Positions 36,473 to 48,197 of a stretch of DNA of 64,000 bases are shown here, one piece after another. The stretch spans positions 1,364,001-1,428,000 of the forward strand of contig CATNEN010000039.1 in the NCBI GenBank assembly GCA_950097015.1. Reading direction: 5' to 3'. A program made the translations under genes and the position numbers. Under the pieces are notes generated by a model, which did not search any database, was not told where the DNA came from, and worked only from the letters and a program-made list of their open reading frames with translations. Within the stretch, counting starts at the first letter, position 1. Each line of letters begins with the position of its first letter. The stretch comes from Macrostomum hystrix (taxonomy: Eukaryota > Animalia > Platyhelminthes).

Positions 36473-39400
36473 GACCCGAAAAGGCCGATTGTCACAAAAT
36501 CGCCAACTACTTCGAAAATATTGAGCGCACCTCCGCAGCCAGTGCCAACTACGCCGACCACACCTTCGCTGCCCTTGACAACGTCGAGGCCGAGTCGCTC
36601 ACCGCCGGTGTCGCTGTCGATGTCGCTGACCTCGCAATCCTTGTCAATGGACGGCGATGCGCCGCCGCCGCTGCCGCCGAAGCCGATTTCGCTATCGATG
36701 ACATCGTTCAACTGGAACACAGTTCCGAAGGATCTGTACGACATGCTGATGATCGGCCGGCCCGCTGACCCTGTGTGCGAATACCTGTGCCGTGGCTACT
36801 ACTGCCAGCTGGACATACGGCAGGCCCGGAAGTGAGTGTGGGGTGGTTGCTGGGGGCTTTGAGCTGAGGCACTGCGGGTGCGGTGCGATTGCGCACAAAC
36901 TGATGAGCTGAACTCAGCAAATCCGTCTCCTTCAGCATGATGAAGGAGGCGAAGGACGATGGCGTCTACATGCTGCGCGGCTTCTGTTCCAAGCAAGTTG
37001 GCCAGGAGCGCGAGCTATGCGTCAAGTTCGACTCTGGCGTGTACAAGTTCCGCATCCGTCAGCACCCGAAGGGCTACCAGGTGTGGAACGAGTGCAATGA
37101 CAAGCAGCATTTCAGCATGGAGGCGCTGCTGTTTTACCACCACATCTTCCCCATCTGCGTGGCCAAGCCAACACAGAGCGACTTCCTGCTGCGGAGGCCC
37201 TTTGACTTGGAGTGAGCGAGGCTGGAGGGAATTCCCTCCCTCACTGGTCCCTCATTCACTGCCCTCATTGACAGTAGAACAACCAAGGGGGGATTTTTCC
37301 CAAGGGGGATCCAAGGGGTCTTCAAGTGGGGAATCCTTGACCATTTTTTGCTGCGCCCGAGCGGAGCAACGCAAGCAAACGAAACTCAAGAACGAGGGCC
37401 AACTTTTTGTTGCGTATCTTCTGAAACAAGAAATGAAATTTGAAATTAGGCAACATTCAACTACAAGGCATGCTCCCTTAGTCTGTCAACCAAATTTCGA
37501 GGCTTGATCAGCGAAAGTAGAGAAATTCGCATTAGGGTGTCAATAGTCGGCTGTGCCACCTGTTGAAGGTCCAGCAGCTCCGTCTGGATAAAGGGTGGTG
37601 ACCACCGAAGTCGGAGATGATGCTGGCACTTTCGGTAGTCCTACTGTTAATCCCCTCTTCACTGATTCCTGTATCATGAATTCCTCACCAATCCATTACC
37701 AATTTCTCGCCAATCTCTCACCAATCCATCACAAATCTCTCACCAATGCCCCTCCAAGCACCCAAGTATCAAACTGTCTCGCAGTTGAATATTCGCAGCT
37801 GTGGCGCATTGCAGAGCCAACCCGAACGGCCGCACCCACATGACCAGCCTGCTAAGCACAGCGCTGTGGCTCCACGGCACCAAGGAACAATGCGCCGAGT
37901 GAGTCAATTGCCGAAGTGGAACGTATTAAAATGTGTTTTTACATTACTGCAAGGTGTCGCATTCGCAGGATTCTGAAGGCCTCGCCGGAGGAGGGCACGT
38001 ACGCGCTGCGCACGGATTCAGAGGGCCAGGCCAGCGCTGTACTGTGCGTGACCCACCGTTGCCAGATCCTCAAGCTGCGCATTAACGTCACGGGCGGCTC
38101 CGATCCAGACAGGGTAATTTTATATATTGGTTGTTAGTTGCGTACGGAATCCTACGAGTAAAAACTACCGTATAACTAAATTACTATATAACTGTATCAA
38201 GCCCTAAATGACAACAAACGACCTTTATATTAATAACTAGCTTTTTTTGCCCGTTGTTTTTGGGGCAGAAATTTAAAGCAAAGCAGTAAGCAATTCACGT
38301 CTCTGTATTAACTTTATAGTGAAGGTCACCATTTATTTATTTACTGCATTAATGAAAAGTGAAGAGTTTGTTTAAGGGCGTTTTAAGTAAAAAATAAGTG
38401 AAAAGTTTGTCCAAACAGCCCCCTCTTGATTACTTCTTTAGAAACATGTCTCTTAGCCTCTATACAGTCAGTGGCAGATCCAGGAGTTTTGTTTTGGGGC
38501 GGTCTGTCAGGGGAGCGCCATGAGAATCACAGAGGGGGTGCCAGCGGCCGAAAAAGGGCGCCAGGAGCCAAGAAAGGGCGCCAGCGGCTGAAAAACGGGA
38601 GCCAGCGGCTGAAAAAGGGGCGCCAGCGGCCGAAAAGGGGCATCTTATTTCCATGATTAAAATTGAGGGGGGCGACTGCCCCCCCGCCCCTCCCCCCTAA
38701 ATCTGCCTCTGTATACAGTATGCATGTACACGCGTATACATAAGGAAAATAGCCACGTGGCATAACAATAACAATGTCAAAGAAACAAAATTAAACTGTT
38801 TCAGAGTTCAGAGTTAGACAGGTCAAGGTCAATTCGTGACTACTTTTCTATTAATTGCTTGCGAGTCACCTCAAGGCCTGGGGATACAGCACATTCTTCG
38901 TTCTTCCCCTTGGTGCGAAAATGAATAGGCCAGCTGGAGTTCCAACACGGGAGCAGGCGACATAAAGCTGCCCATGCGAGAAGCAAGGAGTCTCCAGGTT
39001 GATGCCAGCCACCTTCAGCGACTGTCCCTGAGCCTTGTTAATAGTCATCGCAAAGCACACTCTCACAGGGAACTGCAGTCGCTTGAACTGAAATGGCAGG
39101 TCCGTGGGGATAATTGGAATCCGGGGAATGAACACAGACTCTCCTCTGCCAGATCCAGTCATTATCGTGGCCTCAATCACGTGTGGGAAGAGCCGCCTGA
39201 CTATCAGTCGGGTGCCGTTACACAGCCTTGGCGCATTCAGGTTGCGGAGGAGCATAATTGGTGCCCCAACTTTCAGCTGCAAGTTGTGCGATGGAGTTGC
39301 AGGAGGATCTAGAGAGTTCAGAAACTCAACAGGATACTCCACAGCGGTGTCATCAGTCAACGTTGTATCAATTGACTTGTAGGTGAAAACTGCACCTGGC

Positions 39401-41715
39401 AACTCCTGAAGCAGTTGGTAGTTAATTTCGTTGGCGGCATCATTTCTAGGACACAGAATTGCCCTCTCTGACAGCCAGTCAACGTCAGCATATCGAACCA
39501 TCAGGTTCGGGTAAACTTTTGCCTTGAGCTCCTGCACTGACTGCACAATGGTTCCGATTGTAGCGATCGATGACTGCCCATCCTCGGTGCTAATCTCCAG
39601 CAGACCATTGCCGATTCGCAATAGATTGGCAGAGAACTCATGAGCTGTTTCGTCTCCTTGAATTGTAGCTCTCATGTTTGTTCGTAGGTGCAACTTCACA
39701 ACCGATGGCCACAGGTGAGATGATTTTAGGCAAGCATTAATCTCATCAGCAGGAGTGCCACGCGGAATCACAGGCAGCGTCTGTCTAAAGTCTCCAGACA
39801 GCAGCAGAGTGACACCACCCATCAGTTGATCGCCAGCCTCTCTCTTTCTTCTATCCCAGGCTGGCTGGAGAGAAATATAGACCGGAGAGCCCTGCGCACT
39901 GGGACGCCACCGCACTCACCGCACTCAGTCTCAGTGCTGCTTGGGGGCCAGTAGACAGTCTAGGGGTTTGGGCTGTGTACATTCACGTCTTAAAATACAA
40001 TGTACAGTCTGGGGCTTCGGCGCCCGGGGAAGGGAGGGGGTGGCTGTAATAAAATTTGGCCCGCAGAGTGGCGGAGGGGAGTTGGGGTGGCTGTCCTCGG
40101 AAAACAAAAAGTGACTCACTTTGAGATGATGCAGCTTTGCTCTGGATTGAGTAGAGATGTTCAAAATTGACAGCATTGTTGGAAAACATGTAAAGTGTAA
40201 GTGGATCAAATTTGGAGAAAATCTGACAAAGTGGGGCGACGATATGTCGAATTGAGTGATTTTTTGACGATTTTTGAGCAGTTTTTTGCACTTTTGAGCA
40301 GGAAGGAAATGATTTTTCGGGAATTTGAGTAGCCTATTGCACTCAGCGTAGGTGGTTTTAGGTATGTGCAAAGTTTGGTGCGATTTGGTTGAGCGGTTTC
40401 GGCGTCTATAAAGACAAAAGGTTGCACACACACAGACAGACACACACACACACAGACAGAGTTTTCACTTTTATATATATAGATTAGAAAACTTGAAAAA
40501 ACAAATATCGTATTAATGTATTTGTATAATGTCAGAGGCACCAGATAACACCCTAAACCTACTTACGTTTTTTTCTGAGAATAGTATGTTTCACTGCGAT
40601 CACACCTTTTTGGCCTCTGCTGAGCCCGTCGTCAGCTGATTGGCTGGGCACGTGTTCGCTCCATGTTCTCTCACTCCCGAGTGGCTAAGCCCGCATCTCT
40701 ATCCCCTTATCACTTGCGCATTAGCTGACGCGGGTTTAAGTGTTTTGTTGTGGATTCGTTGCTGGTTTAAACGGCTATTTCCTCGCCTATCGGTTGGCGA
40801 GCTAAACAATTCTCATCCCGGGGTTCGCTACAATTTGTATACCGCCCTCTCCACCTTCCCTGCGGTCTTGCACTTCGGTGTACTGGTTACGTGAACAAAC
40901 ATTACACACTTCGTGGCCCTCCATCCCATTGCCCCCACAGAGAGAGTTCAGCTTTCAAAACTACATCAACAACCAATTAAAGTTCGACAGTTTAGAAAAA
41001 CTCATCGTGTTCCACCACAACAATCCGATCTGCGGGAGCCCGACAGCTCAGGAGGAGAATATCATCCTGCGCGTTCCGTTTCAACTGGTCCCGTGAGATC
41101 TAGAAGCCCACTTGCTTCATAATTTAAAGTCGGACAACTAATTAGCTAGTAGAAGTATTCTACGAGTTCAGGAGCCCTAAAGTTACTTATCTTTCGCATC
41201 CCTGAACAACTCCGATTTTTTGGAAGGCGCTGCCAGCAGGAACTCGCGGCCAGGTACCGCCCCATCGACAGCGTGATGGTCCCCGCAGCTGCATCCGAAT
41301 CACCAGCCGCCATTGCTGAGGCGGAGGTCAGGGTGTGTCGCATGCGAGGTGGCAATTTTCAATTGCTGATGCGCCGGAAAGATCAGCAGCAGAAGCAGCA
41401 GCAGCAGCAAGGAGACCCGGTGGCAGTGGAGCTGGCGCTGCTGGTGGTTCGAGACGACAACGGCAGTGTGCAGACCTTCCGGGTGATGGAGCGCGACATC
41501 GGTTTGAGCTTTGGACCGCAGGTGAAGCACTTTTGTGAATGTCCTCACTCCTGCTGCGCGATCATGCAATCACGACATCCGGAATGAAATTGCAGAAACT
41601 TTACAGCATAGACGAAAAGAATTTGGTCACCGACAAGCTCGAGAAACTGATCGGCCTGTTGTGTATCTCGGCGAGGCAGCTGCACCCAGACATCATGTGC
41701 CTGCTTATGTTGTAA
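33753..41715 (+). CDS. PH - Pro/Gln-rich - SH2-SH2-SH2 adaptor, paralog B, about 697 aa; exons 33753-33795, 35387-35485, 35754-35853, 36052-36831, 36936-37211, 37815-37898, 37969-38113, 40941-41092, 41227-41521, 41596-41715
   Basis: 10 GT-AG exons totalling 2094 nt, open. Exons 2 and 3 have the same lengths (99, 100 nt) and phases as paralog A. Shared blocks: DLYDM..LCRGYYC, DDGVYMLRGFC, MEALLFYHHIFPI, LLRRPFDLE, ALWLHG, REFSF, VPFQLVP, RCQQEL, VRDDNGSVQTFRV. Confidence 0.85.
33816..35321. repeat. 26-bp minisatellite, paralog B intron 1
   Basis: TTCGGGTTTTGAGTCTGAGGTTCCAA. Confidence 0.97.
35524..35659. repeat. 19-bp minisatellite, paralog B intron 2
   Basis: ACACAGACC(T/C)ACACCTGTT. Confidence 0.9.
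38469..38711. mobile_element. hAT-type MITE nested in the Helitron
   Basis: 8-bp TSD TATACAGT (38461-38468 and 38712-38719); TIRs CAGTGGCAGATCCAGG / CAGAGGCAGATTTAGG. Confidence 0.85.
38866..39830 (-). pseudogene. C-terminal half of Helitron Pif1-family helicase (Rep domain and helicase motifs I-II missing)
   Basis: GGVTLLLSGDFRQTLPV, LRTNMR, RAILCPRN, LKVGAPIMLLRNL..LCNGTRL, FAMTINKAQGQSL, FSHGQLYVACSRV. Confidence 0.92.
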
Positions 41716-42580
41716 GTAGCAGCTCAGACTCTGAGATGACAGCAGTCAGATCGGCACACTCACAGACAATTAGCTCTTATTCTCTAACTTACCTCTATCA
41801 GTAATTAACAGGTGCATTATACTGATTTCTTTAATACTGATCCCCAGTCTAACTTCTTTGTCGACCTACTTACTGTATTTTACAGTCTTTATTATGAATT
41901 GTGCGTTGCAGTTCTTCATATTAGTAAATCTGATTGATTCATCAGTAATTACGCTTGCAGTTTAGCTGGTAAATGCAGTGAATTAATATAGAAAGCTTAA
42001 TGAAATCAATTTTGCACAGGACTTCTATTGATAGCTCATATGCATACAGAATGCTATGCACTGAACTCCTTGCTGGCTCGTTTTCGTTTTCATATTTAAT
42101 TCTCTACAATTGGCCAAAATAAATTGTAATCATAAGGAATATTCTATTCAATATATCTACGAGTATTATAACGGGCAAGCAGAGTATTATTCGTAATAAC
42201 TACTTCAGGACACCAACATATAAGCAATAATACAGTAACACAATATTGACAATACCAATGATGTGATTATTTTCTCAAGAAAAAGTTCAATATTTAACTT
42301 CAGTTTTTATGCTCGTATTTCTCGCCATGGAAAATGTCTTGCTTTTCGTTTTTTCCTTCACTTTCCTTCTTTCTTGCTTTAGTTTTTACTTCTTTTCGAT
42401 TCGTTGATGATCCTAGTCTTGATTGAAAAAAATCAGCACCTCTTTTGAGTGCGCACATAATAATAAAATAATATTAATAATATTTCGGACTCAGCTTCCA
42501 GTGGCGCGCAAGGATTTTCATCAAAGTAGATAAAAGCCACTTTGTACATTGTACGGAATGTACAATGTACATTGCTGGTT

Positions 42581-43876
42581 GTTCGGAAAGTTCGCGGACA
42601 AACTCAATTTTCTACTAACCAAAAGGCTGTGTAGCTATCATACTTTTGGCCATAGACAACAAATATGTCCCACAAGTTTTAAAGCTACTGCGCTCAGATT
42701 TGCTCAATGCATTTTTTCACAGCAATCTTTTTCGTTACCCACTGATTTTGACACTATGCAAAATAACGAAGAAGCCAAGCGAAGTGTCATTTGGTTTTTG
42801 TGGAGGCAAGAGAAGCGTCAAGCCGACAATCTCCGCGAGTTACAAGAGGAGAAGATGCCCCTTCGAAGACAATGGTCAGCAAGTGGGTACAGCGCTTCCA
42901 GGAAGGCTGGGAGACGGTCGAAGATCTGCCACGCAGTGGAAGGCCGGCCACCACAGTTAACAAGTTTAACATCGAGCATGTACGCCAGGCATTGGATGTC
43001 GACCGTCGGGTCACAGTACATGAACTGGCAGAGATAGTGGGTATCTCACCGACAGCAGTCCATGGGATTCTCACAGCCGAGCTTGGGATGTCACGGGTTG
43101 TCGCTCGCTGGGTCCCGAAGCTTCTGGCGGATGACCAGCAGCGCGAACGGGTCCGTGCATGTCAGCAGCTCCTGCAGGCCTACCGCAATGATCCGAACTT
43201 TTTGGACCGAATTGTGACAGGAGACGAGTCATGGTTCCACTATAGCGAACCGGAGTCCAAGAAGCAAAGCAGCGTGTGGAAGACAGCTGATGAACCTGCC
43301 CCAGTGAAGGCCCTGACTGTACCATCAGCTGGCAAGCAGATGGCCACCGTCTTCTGGGACAAAGAGGGCATTCTGCTCATCGACTGGCTTCCACGAGGCA
43401 CTACCATCAACAGTGCTTATTACATCCAAGTGCTGCAGAAATTGCGTGAAGCCATCAAGAGTGAGCGCCGTGGCAAGCTGACCAGGGGGATCCTGCTGCA
43501 GCAGGACAATGCCAGGCCTCACACCAGTCAGGCAACAATGGCTGCCATCGCCAACCTGGGCTTCGAGCCGCTGCCGCATCCGCCGTACTCGCCAGACCTA
43601 GCACCGAGCGACTACTGGCTGTTTGGGCAGATGAAGGAATCCCTCCGAGGTCACCGGTACAGTAGCGTACAGGCCATGGCCTCTGCCATCAGCCAGTGGG
43701 TCAGAGGGACCCCCAGAGAATGTTTCGCTGCTGGAATTGAGAAGCTGCCAGAGCGATGGCACAAGTGTGTCTGCCTCAAGTGCACGTATATTGAGAAGGT
43801 TGACTACTAATGTTTTCATATACGTATGCAGTTACAGTTTTTTTCAAGTTTGTCCGCGAACTTTCCGAACTTTTCG
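42581..43876 (+). mobile_element. Mariner (DD34D) DNA transposon, about 1.3 kb
   Basis: 24-bp perfect inverted repeats GTTCGGAAAGTTCGCGGACAAACT at 42581 and ending at 43870; right end followed by TA; left terminus decayed. Confidence 0.92.
42756..43810 (+). pseudogene. Mariner transposase with one frameshift near 42848
   Basis: MQNNEEAKRSVIWFLW..LRELQE / GEDAPSKTMVSKWVQRF; WVPKLL, VTGDESW, QQDNARPH-34aa-YSPDLAPSDY. Confidence 0.92.
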
Positions 43877-44556
43877 TAACTTTAGCAATGGAGTACATCT
43901 AAGCATGAGCTTTGCGAATTTCTCGTTGGAAAAAAGAGAAAAAGTCGGTCAGTTGATAAGTATAAACCAGAGTAAAGTTGGTTGAATTCACCCCAGTTGA
44001 AGCTAACTAGAAGCATGAGGTTTTGAACACCAATGCAATGCGTGTATTTGACTGACACTAACCCTAGTGAATGAGGCCTCAGCACAATGGTATAGCTAAA
44101 TGTAGGATTTAATAAGAATATTGATAATTTATGAACACGAATGCCAACAGTGTACTATTACACCCGGCTGTCACCAGTTGACGCTCTTGTAGATGTGCCG
44201 CTTGAACGCCCACTTGACATTGTGCGATCTGGGTTTCTCCTGCTGCTTGTGCCTCGGGTGCATTGGGCATTGTACAGTGAGGAAGCCTGATTCGTTTCGC
44301 CACAGATAGCAGTGCCGGCAGCGCCTATGCAGTCTGTGGGATATTTGGGCTGCATGTGCTACTGTCAATAGTACATGGCGCTCACTATGTGCACAGAAAT
44401 AATTTTTTTAATTAAATTTCAGAAAGAACTTTTTGTAAGGCATATTCTAAAGCTAGAATCAAGTCACCACTTCTCCAGAACGTCTGGATATTCAACAACT
44501 CTGGTAGAAAACTTTCCCCTATCTGCTTTTTCTGACATAAAAACATGAAGACTCAC

Positions 44557-44800
44557 TTAACAAAGTACTTCAGACCACGCGCCGGCTGCTGTCCAAAACA
44601 TGCGCTTGTGGGCAAGCTCAGAAAGGGCTGAACAGCTGCAGACAGCATCTGAGAAGGAGGGCCTGAGTTGGCAAGTGCTGCAATCGAAGAGCACATGCTC
44701 CATAATGACTGAAGTCGGAAAGCTGGCAAAGCAAGACGAGACAGCATTGCAGAGCAGCTGGCTGGAATGCATTTGGGCGAAATTGGGTGGTGAAACAGAA
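44557..44800 (-). pseudogene. Possible 3' zinc-knuckle remnant of a non-LTR retrotransposon
   Basis: Translation C..SSCF...MEHVLFDC...R resembles the C-terminal CCHC motif; short and degenerate. Confidence 0.3.
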
Positions 44801-44930
44801 CAAACGAAACATATTGCCCCTTTTAGCATGAGAAAGCAAGGGGAGGCTAGCAATTCTGTATTTGCATTGTACTTGTTGTCAAAGTTCTGCTTATATAAAT
44901 AAAGCTGTGGCTATACCTATGCTGAACAAA

Positions 44931-45277
44931 AAAAAAATGCCAAGAATGTTCAAGAATAAATAAAACTTGGCTGAGTTATTAACTGGACAAAAAAGTAATT
45001 AATGTGTCTTTTACATGAAAAAAATGCCAAGAATGTTCAAGAATAAATAAAACTTGGCTGAGTTATTAACTGGACAAAAAAGTAATTAATGTGTCTTTTA
45101 CATTAAAAAAATGCCAAGAATGTTCAAGAATAAATAAAACTTGGCTGAGTTATTAACTGGACAAAAAAGTAATTAATGTGTCTTTTACATTAAAAAAATG
45201 CCAAGAATGTTCAAGAATAAATAAAACTTGGCTGAGTTATTAACTGGACAAAAAAGTAATTAATGTGTCTTTTACAT
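44931..45277. repeat. 87-bp AT-rich tandem repeat x4
   Basis: TGCCAAGAATGTTCAAGAATAAAT recurs at 87-bp spacing. Confidence 0.95.
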
Positions 45278-46708
45278 GTGACTTAGTTTTTGCTCTATTT
45301 ACGACTTAGTTTGCTCTCATTTGCGACTTAGTTCGTTTCATTGCTCTATTTACAACTTAGTTTGCTCTCATTTGCTCTCTTTTTCTCTCCCCTTTTTCCT
45401 TTTCTTCACGCCTTCCCTTTTTGTCCCTTGGTCCCCCCTTTGATTTTTTTGCGCTTGGTTGATTGGTTTTTGCGACTTACCTTGCTTGGCACTCACTTGC
45501 TTGCTTGGCCAGGTGTTGCGCATGTATGAACTAACAAGTTTTTGAAAATTTACGAAATAAGGTTACTAAATTGCAATGAAACTTACTCAAAATAAAACAA
45601 TATACAAGGAACCAAAAACTTTCTAGTTTCTATAAACATTTGGGAATTTTATGACTTAAAATATTTACTAACACCTGGATTATGCAATATAGGTTGTCCC
45701 AGTTCCTTATCAGCCATTCAACTTTCCTGATGGGTGCCATCGGGCCAGACTGAGGAGTTGCAGTTCAGCTTCACCAGGGTGGGCAGCTTGTTGTAGCTCT
45801 AAATAATGTTGCTTTCATGAGGAAAGGACATGTTTTGATTGTGAAGACTGCCAAGAGAAAGTAGAGTAGAGTCAAGACTTTGTATTTGCTGGCCACAAGG
45901 ATTGTATCAAAAAAAAGTTGAGATCAATATTGCTGGTTGACATGTGGCAGTGCAGAAGAGCCAGTGTGCTAACTTATAATTGTTGCATATAAAAAGTGGA
46001 CATGCTAGATGGTAGCCTACAGCTCTATGATGCTGGCAGAAAAACAAAAAACTGGTTTCACAAACTGTGCTTTCATATATGCCTTCAGATGGTATGCAAC
46101 ACTTAGGTTCTATATTGTAAGTCTGGCCTAGGCCAGAATACCTTCATCAAATATCTTGAAGCCACATCTGCAAGTTGGTATAGCTAACTGGAAATGGCAA
46201 GAAGCAACTGGCTTCTATGCTGGAAACAGTAGCAATTGCTATGCATCATTTCCTAGAGAAAACCTTATGTTGTCTAGCCTAGACCAATGAAAAGGTATAG
46301 AATGTGCTAGACCTATAGATAGCTCTGCCAGGTCCCAGTACAGTTTATTTCTGCAGCCAATGTCTAGGATGCCCATGCCCAGGGCTTTTTTAGTGGATTG
46401 CTTCCATCGCAGACATTTGCAGCGCCAGCATTGAAGTATCAATGGAATAGGGCCTAACCAACTTACCACTAAAACTGATAATCTTTTCATCTTTCCTGTT
46501 AACTATTTTTATTTGTTAGCTCACATTTGTTCATTTCTCTTAGTTATTAATTTTATTTTGGTTAGTTTGCATCCTAATTGTGTATAAGCCATTCACTCTG
46601 TATAGGCCTATGCAGGCAAGAGGCAAGTTTAATTAGTCAGACTCAGATGTATTAACATTTTTTTCATTCCATGCAATTTAACTTTGTTTGCATTTAGGCT
46701 ACTCAAAT

Positions 46709-48032
46709 GGGTCATTCTCAAAATTATGTACCGAGAAGGCATTAACAAAAAAAATATTTTTTTTCACTATCTTTATCGTTTTAAAGTGTGCTGCGAGGAT
46801 TCAATCCTTTTGAAAGTTTTCTAAACGTTTAAAAAATGAAAAAAATGGCGTTTTTACTGCATTCTTATGTTGTTTAAAATCACAAATAAATTTTTTGCTA
46901 AGTTTTAAATTTTCCGCGCATGCGCATTTGCCATAAATGTTCACGACTGCAAGCTTAATTATGATAAAATATTAAGTACTACTCCCATCTAATGAATTTA
47001 AAAGTAATCTAAGCTAAAATGACTATTAAATTTATGCCACTAAGTGCTGTGACTCAGCTTTTTTCGAAGTATTTCATTTGAAAATTAAAAGGTAAATAAA
47101 TTCTGTGAGGTATTGAAGCTCCATTTTTGAAAGCGAATAAAATCAAAAGACAGAAGCAATTCGCATTCTCTTATAAATATTTATATCACGATACTGTATC
47201 TGAATTAATTCGTAATTATTAGCAATATACTAATTGTATTTAAAAACTGTAAACATAAAAAATATAAAAATCGACTCGAATGCTTATGCACAACAACACT
47301 GTCAAGAAAAAAGATTTCTCGCATATACTGGTACCTTAATACATGGAAATATTACAGATATGATGCCACCTTCCTAAGGAATAAATCTACGTGTTTTGAA
47401 TATTTCTCATTATTATAGAAAATGAAAGATACACCATAATTTGCTTATTGTAACATTTTTTGTGTCTGGAAAGGAGGTTTCATGACAAAAGAAATGCCAA
47501 AATAGTGTAAAAATGTGAATTTTTATTGACAAGACACGCACCTCTGAATTTCATATCATCATTGCTTCATTTTATTACAAGAATTTCCTTGACGGCCAAT
47601 TAAATAAAAATTGTGCTATATACAGTATACATTCCAATTGTTCGAAGCTTCCGGACCTTGGGAAATTTTGAATTTTTTCAGAAAAAATGTACATTAACTA
47701 TGTTAATTTTATTAGATATAACAAAAAACAATAATAAAAGATTTTTCTAAAATAAGACAACTATGTTTAATATACGAAAACTAAAAAAAAATATGCACTT
47801 TTTGTATGACCTTATTTAATAGCAAAATGTACGTCAGAAAGCAAAATAATTTACGGTGTTTTTGAAGGCAATAAACAAATGTAAATGCTGGTCCATATTA
47901 ATGTTATTTTGTGGTTCTGGTTTCTATTTTGCACTCTACTAGAGACACAGATTAGAATAAAGAATTTTTTTTGCAATTGTCAAAAACTTTTTTACAACAC
48001 ACTATTTCCGAGCATTAATTTGAGAATGACCC
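46709..48032. mobile_element. Non-autonomous Sola-like DNA transposon
   Basis: TIR GGGTCATTCTCAAA / TTTGAGAATGACCC, 4-bp TSD AAAT on both sides, AT-rich noncoding interior. The superfamily is inferred from TSD length and termini. Confidence 0.72.
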
Positions 48033-48197
48033 AAATGTGAATTCAAACTTCAATAAACCCTTTTTGAATAAAATATGTGTTTGAATTGAAGCAGTAGGGG
48101 CGTGTACAAACAAAAGATAAGTAAGAATGTAGAATTAAAAGCATATTCTTGTCAGAAAACAAGAAAATCCAGAATACGTATGGTAATCAGTGCCATG

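Larger units (their letters stand above)
38237..40483 (-). mobile_element. Internally deleted Helitron in paralog B intron 7
   Basis: On the - strand: A|TCTATATATATAAAA 5' end followed by a (TG/TCTG) microsatellite; 3' GCCC..GGGC hairpin 8 nt before CTAG|T; no TSD; Pif1 helicase fragment inside. Confidence 0.9.

Noticed and set aside
38866-39915. Cellular PIF1 gene
   Set aside because: Intronless N-terminally truncated fragment bounded by Helitron termini inside another gene's intron.
42791-43810. SETMAR gene
   Set aside because: No SET domain. TIRs and a frameshift indicate an ordinary mariner copy.
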